Below are positions 57,499 to 64,000 of a stretch of DNA of 64,000 nucleotides, piece by piece. The notes below the pieces were generated by a model that ran no database searches, was not told where the DNA came from, and worked only from the letters and a program-made list of their open reading frames with translations. Where the stretch lies: NCBI RefSeq assembly GCF_035627055.1, contig NZ_DASPMM010000009.1, forward strand, positions 22,334 to 86,333. Reading direction: 5' to 3'. Each line of letters starts with the position of its first letter. Positions within the stretch are counted from its first letter, which is position 1. The stretch comes from Brevundimonas sp. (lineage in GTDB: Bacteria > Pseudomonadota > Alphaproteobacteria > Caulobacterales > Caulobacteraceae). The translations under genes were made by a program, and so were the position numbers.

Positions 57499-58112
57499 CA
57501 GCTGTGCGCGAAGATGTCCATCTCGTCCCAGCCGGCGAGGTCCAGCGCGGACCGCGAAGGCAGGAAGTCGAAGCATTTGCGGGCCAGTTCGGCGCGGCCC
57601 TCTCGCTCGAGCATCTCGTCGAGGCGGGCCTTCACCGCGTGCAGGTAGAGGACGTCGGAGGCGGCGTACTCCAGCTGGGCGGGGGTCAGGGTCTCCGCGC
57701 CCCAGTCCGAGCTCTGCTGGGCCTTGGACAGGTCGACTCCCGCCAGTTCGCGCACGACGTCCTTCAGGCCGTGGCGGTCGGTGTAGGTGCGGGCCAACTT
57801 CGAGGCGATCTTGGTGCAGTAGACCGGGCGGGTCTCGACGCCGAGGTGGAGCTGGAACATGCCGATGTCGAAGCGGCCGAAGTGGAACAGCTTCAGCACC
57901 GCCGGATCGGTCAGCAGCCGCTTCAGATTGGGGCAGTCGTAGCCGGGGCGGCGCATGCGCACGACGTGGGCGTCGCCGTCGCCAGCGGAGAGCTGCACCA
58001 CGCACAGCGGGTCGCGGCGGAAGCGCAGGCCCATGGTCTCGGAATCGATCGCGACCTCCGGGCCCAGGTCGAGGCCGTTGGGCAGGTCGCCTTCGTGCAG
58101 GAATACGGTCAT
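57498..58112 (-). CDS. rnd: Ribonuclease D-like 3'-5' exonuclease
   Basis: AIDSETMGL, LCVVQLS, KLFHFGRFD, CTKIASKLARTYTDRHGL, QSSDWG, YAASDV. Confidence 0.93.
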   Translation of the reverse strand: MTVFLHEGDLPNGLDLGPEVAIDSETMGLRFRRDPLCVVQLSAGDGDAHVVRMRRPGYDCPNLKRLLTDPAVLKLFHFGRFDIGMFQLHLGVETRPVYCTKIASKLARTYTDRHGLKDVVRELAGVDLSKAQQSSDWGAETLTPAQLEYAASDVLYLHAVKARLDEMLEREGRAELARKCFDFLPSRSALDLAGWDEMDIFAHS

Positions 58113-58183
58113 GTCGGCGCTCTCATGCAGGGGACCATAAACGAACGGCGCCGTATCGCTAGGACACGGCGCCGTCGAAATAA

Positions 58184-58270
<87 letters not shown>

Positions 58271-58444
58271 CCAGACCGGTTCCCGCTTTCGCGCGTTCCC
58301 GTCCGGAAGGCGCGGACCCTTAAGGCAGCCCCCGGGGCGGGTCAACAGGCTTTTGTCCTGTTTGCGTTGCAGCCGTCGGGACCATCGTCTAATCCCCGCG
58401 CCGAGGCCGGTTCCGCATCGGCCGTCCCGCCTCTGGAGTCTGTC

Positions 58445-59437
58445 ATGAGCGAAGTCGCGCCCGGCCTGATCACCGTCTTCGGCGGCTCCGGCTTTGTCGG
58501 CGGCCAGGTCGTCCGGATCCTGGCGCGCCGCGGCTGGCGCATCCGCGTCGCGGGGCGGCGGCCCGACCGGGCCTACAAGCTGCAGACCTCGGGCCACGTC
58601 GGCCAGATCCAGGCGGTGCGGTGCGACGCGACCGACCCGGCCCAGGTCGAGACGGCGCTGCAGGGCGCGGACGCCGCCGTCAATCTGATCGGCGTGCTGT
58701 ACGAGAGCGGGTCACAGTCGTTCCAGGCGGTGCACGTCGAGGCCGCGCGCAACATCGCCATCGCCTGCGCCGCGGCCGGGATCGACCGGCTGGTGCACGT
58801 CTCGGCCCTGGGGGCCAATCCGGAGAGCGCCTCCACCTACGCCTGCACCAAGGCCGCCGGCGAAATGGCCGTGCGCGAAGCCAAGCCCGACGCGGTGATC
58901 GTCCGGCCGTCGGTGGTGTTCGGCTCGGGCGACGGCTTCCTGAACAAATTCGCGGCCATGGCCTCGATGGCCCCGGTCCTGCCGCTGTTCGGCGGCGGGC
59001 AGACCCGGTTCCAGCCCGTCTATGTCGGCGACGCGGCCGAGGCGATCGTCCGCGCCGTGGAGCGGCCCGACGCGGCCGGGCGCACCTTCGAGCTGGGCGG
59101 GCCGCAGGTCATGACCTTCGAGGACATCCTGAAGCTGGTCCTGCGCGAGACGCGGCGGCGGAACGGGCTTGTGCCCCTGCCCTTCTTCGCGGCCCGCGCG
59201 ATCGGATCGCTGGCGCAGCTGACCAGCCTCGTCGGGGTCGCGCCGGTGCTGACCCGGGACCAGGCGGCGCTGCTGGAGAGCGACAACGTCGTCGCCGGGA
59301 GCGCGGACGGTCTGGACGCGCTCGGCATCGAGCCGACCGGCATCGAGGCGATCGCGCCGGCCTATCTGTGGCGCTACCGGCGCGGCGGGCAGTTCTCGGA
59401 ACGGCCGACGGACACGGCGGCCACGGTCCAGGCCTGA
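58445..59437 (+). CDS. Complex I NDUFA9-like NAD(P)-binding SDR protein
   Basis: ITVFGGSGFVG, AVNLIGVL, VHVSALGA, Y..TK..GE, RPSVVFG, FQPVYVGD. Confidence 0.92.
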   Translation: MSEVAPGLITVFGGSGFVGGQVVRILARRGWRIRVAGRRPDRAYKLQTSGHVGQIQAVRCDATDPAQVETALQGADAAVNLIGVLYESGSQSFQAVHVEAARNIAIACAAAGIDRLVHVSALGANPESASTYACTKAAGEMAVREAKPDAVIVRPSVVFGSGDGFLNKFAAMASMAPVLPLFGGGQTRFQPVYVGDAAEAIVRAVERPDAAGRTFELGGPQVMTFEDILKLVLRETRRRNGLVPLPFFAARAIGSLAQLTSLVGVAPVLTRDQAALLESDNVVAGSADGLDALGIEPTGIEAIAPAYLWRYRRGGQFSERPTDTAATVQA

Positions 59438-59441
59438 CGGC

Positions 59442-60251
59442 TCAGGCGTACAGCCACATCCCCAGCAGGCCGACGAACCCGACCAGGATGCGCCATCCGG
59501 CGAAGGGGGCGAAGCCGTAGCGGCCGACGAAGTCGATCAGGAAGCGGACGATGAACAGTCCGCTGACGAAGGAGACGACGAAGCCGATGGCGATGACGCC
59601 GGCGACGTCGGCGGTGATCAGGTCGCGGCTTTCCCAGAAGTCGAGGCCGAAGGCGGCGACCATGGTCGGGATGGCGAGGAAGAAGGAGAATTCCGCCGCC
59701 GCCCGCTTCTCGACGCCCAGCAGCAAGCCGCCGACGATGGTGGCGCCGCTGCGCGACACGCCCGGGATGATCGACAGGCACTGGAACAGGCCGACGCCCA
59801 GGGCGGTCTTCCACGAGAATTTCATCGCGTCGTGCTCGCGCGGGACCGGGGCCCAGCGCTCCAGCGCGATCAGGGCGAAGCCGCCGACGATCAGGGTGAT
59901 GCAGACGATGGTGGTGTTGAACAACACCTCCTTGATGAAGTCGTGGAACAGAAGGCCGACGATGGCCGACGGGATGAAGGCCAGCAGCACCGACAGGGCG
60001 AACATCCGCGCCGCCGGGTCCTTGCCCGGCAGTCCGAGCAGGACCTTCCAGAGACGCTGGAAATAGAGGGCGACCACGGCGAGGATGGCGCCCAGCTGGA
60101 TCATGACGATGAAGGTATCCCACGGCTCGTCGCCGAGCCCGAGCGCCTGTTTGGCCAGCAGCAGGTGGCCAGTGGAGGAGACCGGAATGAACTCGGTCAG
60201 ACCCTCGACCAGGCCAAGAATGATCGCCGCCAGCCAGTCCGCCATCCGCAT
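59442..60251 (-). CDS. uppP: Undecaprenyl-diphosphatase
   Basis: GLVEGLTEFIPVSSTGH, IQLGAILAV, PGVSRSGATI, AAEFSFFLAIPT. Confidence 0.97.
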   Translation of the reverse strand: MRMADWLAAIILGLVEGLTEFIPVSSTGHLLLAKQALGLGDEPWDTFIVMIQLGAILAVVALYFQRLWKVLLGLPGKDPAARMFALSVLLAFIPSAIVGLLFHDFIKEVLFNTTIVCITLIVGGFALIALERWAPVPREHDAMKFSWKTALGVGLFQCLSIIPGVSRSGATIVGGLLLGVEKRAAAEFSFFLAIPTMVAAFGLDFWESRDLITADVAGVIAIGFVVSFVSGLFIVRFLIDFVGRYGFAPFAGWRILVGFVGLLGMWLYA

Positions 60252-60272
60252 CCCCGATAAAGGTCAGGCGGA

Positions 60273-61460
60273 TCAGTTCGCGCCCGGTTCGGGACCCACA
60301 TAGCGCAGGCGCGCCCGGATAGGCGAGCCGTTCGTGATCTGGTCGAGCGCATGGGCCAGCAGTCCTGCCAGGCGACCGATCATCAGAAGGTCGGCGGGCG
60401 CATCGCGCGGGAGCTCGAGCCGGCGGGCGACTGCGACCAGGGCGAGCGTGAAGGCGGGGCGGCGGCCGGTCAGTTCCTCGCCCTCGCGCAGGGCCCTGGC
60501 CAGATCCTGAGGCAGGTCGGCGACGGCGAGAAGGGCGGCGGCGCGCGGATCTCCGCCGGGCCAGGCGGGATCGCCGAACCCGTACAGCGCGCCCGCTTCA
60601 TGAGCGCGCCGCGCCGCATCGGCCGCCTGACGGCGAACCGCGACGACCCAGTCGGACTCCCTGGCCAGGTCGATGAGGGTCGGGGCGCCGGCCACGGTCG
60701 CCAGTCCGGCCAGGGCCGCGCCGGCGAGGGAGGCGCCCCCGGCGGCGGCGGCCCGCGCCGCGAGAGCGGGGGCGTCAAGGCCGCTGTCGGCGGCCAGCAC
60801 CAGGGCGCGACGAACCAGGTGGGCGTCGGGCTCGCGCACCTTCCAGGTCCGCGCCAGCCGCTGATGGAGGAACAGCCGGGGGCCGGGGCCGGCCACGGCG
60901 TCGACGGCCTCGTCGAGGACGCGGGCGCATTCGACGCGCAGGGATTCGGGCGGGCGAGGCTTGAGCTCCGCGTCCTCCTCGGCCCTGCGGGCGAGGGCGG
61001 AGAACAGCCGGCCGCGGGCCGAATGACCGGGCATGGTCCCGACGCGGGGGCGGACCTCGACAAAGGGATTGCCCGCCCGGGCGTCCCACATCCGCCGCGC
61101 CACGTCCTCGAGGGTGGCCGACTCGGCCAGCTGGACCGCGTCCATGCCGCGGTAGAACAGCCTGCGGCCGTCGCTCACCGACACCGACGACCGGATTTCG
61201 AGGTCCTGCGCCTCCGACTCCTCGGGCGGCGGCAGCCACTGGCCGATCCCGGCGGCGGCGGCCGGTTCGTCCCCGCTCAGCCGGATGATGTCGGAGACGG
61301 CGTAGAGGCTGCGGCGGGGATCGTCCGGATCGGGCCGGGCGGCGATGCGGCCGCGGCTGACGTAGGCGTACAGGGTCTGGGCCTTGACCCCCAACCGGGC
61401 CAGAGCCTCGCCGCGTCCGATCCAGCGGCCGGCCTGCGATGCCGTCCCTGCCGACTGCAT
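60273..61460 (-). CDS. HTH (excisionase-like) + citrate-synthase-fold protein, catalytically degenerate
   Basis: EALARLGVKAQTLYAYVSRG HTH; IRSSVS..LFYRGMDA..LA..ATLE, GFG..W..GDPRA, GRLAGLLAHALDQ, IRARLRYVG. Confidence 0.85.
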   Translation of the reverse strand: MQSAGTASQAGRWIGRGEALARLGVKAQTLYAYVSRGRIAARPDPDDPRRSLYAVSDIIRLSGDEPAAAAGIGQWLPPPEESEAQDLEIRSSVSVSDGRRLFYRGMDAVQLAESATLEDVARRMWDARAGNPFVEVRPRVGTMPGHSARGRLFSALARRAEEDAELKPRPPESLRVECARVLDEAVDAVAGPGPRLFLHQRLARTWKVREPDAHLVRRALVLAADSGLDAPALAARAAAAGGASLAGAALAGLATVAGAPTLIDLARESDWVVAVRRQAADAARRAHEAGALYGFGDPAWPGGDPRAAALLAVADLPQDLARALREGEELTGRRPAFTLALVAVARRLELPRDAPADLLMIGRLAGLLAHALDQITNGSPIRARLRYVGPEPGAN

Positions 61461-61590
61461 GTCGCCTCCGAAAGGCCTGACGGACCTCCAAGGGTCCATG
61501 CGGCGCGCAGCATGGGGCCATTTCGTGACGATGCCGCTAACGCCCGCCGGCGCGCTTGGCGCCGCCGACGCTTTCCGCGACAAGACGGCG

Positions 61591-62529
61591 ATGACCACGA
61601 CGCCCCACGACGACGCTCATCTGGCCGCCCGCAGCGTGACGCGCCTGTCGGTCGGCGTGGCCGTGGTGCTGATCGCGCTGAAGGCCTTCGCCCTCGGCGC
61701 CTCCGGTTCGGTGGCCATGCTCGCTTCCCTGACCGATTCGGCGCTGGACCTGGTGGCGTCGCTGGCCACCTTCTTCGCCGTGCGCTGGGCCGCCGCCCCG
61801 CCGGACGCCGAGCACCGCTACGGCCACGGAAAGGGCGAGGCGATGGCGGCGCTGGTGCAGGCCGGCCTGATCTTCGCCTCGGCCGTGTTCATCGGCTGGG
61901 AGGCGGTGCAGCGCATCTTCGATCCGCGTCCGGTGAGCTCGGGCTACTGGGCGGTCATGGTCGTCCTGATCTCGATCGCCCTGACCGGCTGGCTGGTCTG
62001 GATGCAGGACCGGGCCATCCGCCGCAGCGGCTCGATGGCGGTCAAGGCGGACCGCGCCCACTACGCCGCCGACATGGCCGCCGGCGCGGTGGTGCTGATC
62101 GGGGTGGTGTCCGGGACCTTCCTGGCCGCGCCGGGTCTGGACGCGGCGGCCGGGCTGATCGTCGCCGTCTGGCTGTTCTGGGGCGCGCTCGGCCTGCTCA
62201 GGGAGGCGGCCGACCACCTGCTGGACCGCGCCGTCCCGGACGCCGACCGGATCGCCATCACCACCGCCGTGCTGGTCGATCCGCGCATCACCGGGGTGCA
62301 CCAGCTGCGCAGCCGCATGGCCGGGTCAGTGATGATGATCCAGATGCACGTCGACCTTGAGCCGAGCCTGACGCTGGAACAGGCCCACGCCATCGTGGTC
62401 GGGGCGGAGCAGCGGATCCTCGAGGCCTATCCCCGCGCCGACATCCTGATCCATCCCGATCCGAGAGGGGCGGCGCCGGCGACCTCCGTCCCCGTTTCAG
62501 GGCCCGAGGACGCGCCGGCGGCTCCATAG
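61591..62529 (+). CDS. Cation diffusion facilitator (FieF-like)
   Basis: SGSVAMLASLTDSALD, PPDAEHRYGHGKGEA, ADRAHYAAD, HQLRSR, IQMHVD, IHPDP. Confidence 0.93.
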   Translation: MTTTPHDDAHLAARSVTRLSVGVAVVLIALKAFALGASGSVAMLASLTDSALDLVASLATFFAVRWAAAPPDAEHRYGHGKGEAMAALVQAGLIFASAVFIGWEAVQRIFDPRPVSSGYWAVMVVLISIALTGWLVWMQDRAIRRSGSMAVKADRAHYAADMAAGAVVLIGVVSGTFLAAPGLDAAAGLIVAVWLFWGALGLLREAADHLLDRAVPDADRIAITTAVLVDPRITGVHQLRSRMAGSVMMIQMHVDLEPSLTLEQAHAIVVGAEQRILEAYPRADILIHPDPRGAAPATSVPVSGPEDAPAAP

Positions 62530-62545
62530 CTAACGTGGGCTTAAC
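62530..62545 (+). promoter_or_regulatory. Candidate CtrA box upstream of fzlA
   Basis: CTAA-N7-TTAAC, one mismatch from TTAA-N7-TTAAC. Confidence 0.5.
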
Positions 62546-62568
62546 GCCCTGTGCCGCATGCATCGGTC

Positions 62569-63252
62569 ATGTCGGCCAGCGTCCTGTATCATTTCCCCTT
62601 CGACCCCGGCTCGCGCGCCGCGCGGCTGGCGCTGGGCGAGGCCAGGGTCGAATTCACCGACACCATCGTCCGGCCCTGGGAAGACGGCTGCCCGGTGGCC
62701 AGCCTGAACCCGTCGGGCATGCCGCCGGTGCTGCAGACCACCGAGGGCGGGCGGGCCCTGACCCTGTGCGAACCCGCCGCCATCCTGGGTTGGCTGGAGG
62801 ACCGCTCGAAGGAGCCGTTCCTGATGCCGTCCGATCCGGGCGAGCGGGCCGAGACGCGGCGGCTGGTCGGCTGGTTCGACCGCCGCTTCAATGACGAGGT
62901 CAACGCCGTGCTGCTGCACGAGCGGATGGAGAAGCCGCTGCTTCGCCTGGGGCCGCCCGAGGCGCGGGCGCTGCGGGCGGGGCGGGAGTCGCTGAAGGCG
63001 CATCTGGGCATGCTGGAGGGCCTGCTGGCCGCCCGCGACGCCCTGGCCGGCCGCCGCATCACCCAGGCCGACGTGGTCGCCGCGGCGCACCTGTCGGTGC
63101 TCGACTATTTCGGCGAGGTGCCGTGGGGCGCCTGGCCGGCGATCAAGACCTGGTACATGAAGCTGAAGTCGCGGCCCTGCTTCCGGCCCCTGCTGGCCGA
63201 CCGGTTCCCGGGGGTCCAGCCGTCCGCCTGGTATCACGACCTCGACTTCTGA
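62569..63252 (+). CDS. fzlA: GST-family FtsZ-binding protein FzlA
   Basis: HFPFDPGSR..RLALGE, LNPSGMPPVL, WFDRRF..EV, HLSVLDYFG, KTWYMKLKSRPCFRP, C-terminal DLDF; upstream of queG. Confidence 0.9.
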   Translation: MSASVLYHFPFDPGSRAARLALGEARVEFTDTIVRPWEDGCPVASLNPSGMPPVLQTTEGGRALTLCEPAAILGWLEDRSKEPFLMPSDPGERAETRRLVGWFDRRFNDEVNAVLLHERMEKPLLRLGPPEARALRAGRESLKAHLGMLEGLLAARDALAGRRITQADVVAAAHLSVLDYFGEVPWGAWPAIKTWYMKLKSRPCFRPLLADRFPGVQPSAWYHDLDF

Positions 63253-63266
63253 CGTGCCGGTCGGGG

Positions 63267-63352
63267 GTGCTAGTGCTAGTGAGCGAGCGGTGAGCCGCTG
63301 CGGCTACGGCCAACCCGCCCGTTGCTCGCCTCGTGCTCACCAGCACTAGCAC
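63267..63352. repeat. Palindromic element, family D
   Basis: GTGCTAGTGCTAGTGAGC ... GCTCACCAGCACTAGCAC inverted arms. Confidence 0.85.
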
Positions 63353-63376
63353 TCCCCTTCCCCCGGACCGCGCCCG

Positions 63377-64000
63377 TTGAGCGACCGCCTCAAGACATCC
63401 ATCCGCGACGCCGCTTCCGGCCTGGGCTTCGACGTGTGCCGGTTCGCGTCCGCCTCGGAGCCGTGGAGCGCCGGAGAGCGGCTGGCGCATTTCGTCGGGG
63501 CCGGCCGGCACGGCGACATGGGCTGGATGGAGACGACGCTGGAGCGGCGGGCGCATCCGACCTCGATGTGGCCGGAGGCGAAGACCGCCATCGTGCTGGG
63601 GCTGAACTACGGGCCGGGGCATGATCCGCTGCCCGAGATGGACGACGCCTCGGCGGGATACATCTCGGTCTATGCACGCGGCGACGACTATCACGAGCTG
63701 ATCAAGGGCCGGTTGAAGACTTTGGCCGGGCAGGTCGCGGCGCGGTCCGGCGAGGAGGTCAAGGTGTTCGTCGACACCGCCCCGCTGATGGAGAAGCCGC
63801 TGGCGCAGCGGGCGGGACTCGGCTGGCAGGGCAAGCACACTAATCTGCTGTCGCGCAGCCGGGGCAACTGGCTGTTTCTGGGCGTCATACTGACCGCCGC
63901 CGAGCTGGAGCCGGACGCGCCGGAGGAGCAGCATTGCGGGGCCTGCACCGCCTGTCTGGACATCTGTCCGACCCAGGCGTTTCCGGCGCCGTTCCAGCTG
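63377..64000 (+). CDS. queG: Epoxyqueuosine reductase (3' end outside window; not in ORF track)
   Basis: Manual translation from TTG: GRHGDMGWM, ISVYARGDDYH, VFVDTAPLMEKPLAQRAGLGWQGKHTNL, GNWLFLG, CGACTACLDICPT. Confidence 0.95.
   Translation, partial: MSDRLKTSIRDAASGLGFDVCRFASASEPWSAGERLAHFVGAGRHGDMGWMETTLERRAHPTSMWPEAKTAIVLGLNYGPGHDPLPEMDDASAGYISVYARGDDYHELIKGRLKTLAGQVAARSGEEVKVFVDTAPLMEKPLAQRAGLGWQGKHTNLLSRSRGNWLFLGVILTAAELEPDAPEEQHCGACTACLDICPTQAFPAPFQL

Overview
High-GC alphaproteobacterial chromosomal window, most consistent with Caulobacteraceae (Brevundimonas-like): fzlA-queG, imuA-imuB-dnaE2, lptC-lptA-lptB-rpoN-hpf-ptsN, aroA-cmk-rpsA-ihfB-mscL. It holds a compact his operon (hisD, a HisC-like/HisB fusion, hisH, A, F, IE) running into zwf-pgl-edd-glk, tyrosine catabolism genes (hmgA, hppD), a TPP riboswitch with thiC, two tRNAs, and many small uncharacterised secreted or membrane proteins, several preceded by sigma-EcfG/sigmaT-like promoter motifs. 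Main oddities: (1) the HisC half of the HisC-HisB fusion lacks its PLP lysine; (2) an HTH-citrate-synthase fusion lacks the catalytic residues; (3) an AT-richer islet of about 1.8 kb after thiC, with no integrase, encodes a wHTH-like protein, a translationally coupled 35-aa membrane peptide, a 9-bp periodic array over the promoter and a divergent membrane-anchored protein; (4) several families of palindromic or tandem repeats, one inserted in frame in thiC; (5) a frameshifted D-cysteine desulfhydrase. No CRISPR array, rRNA, transposase or integrase was found. All product names come from recognising motifs by eye, with no database search.
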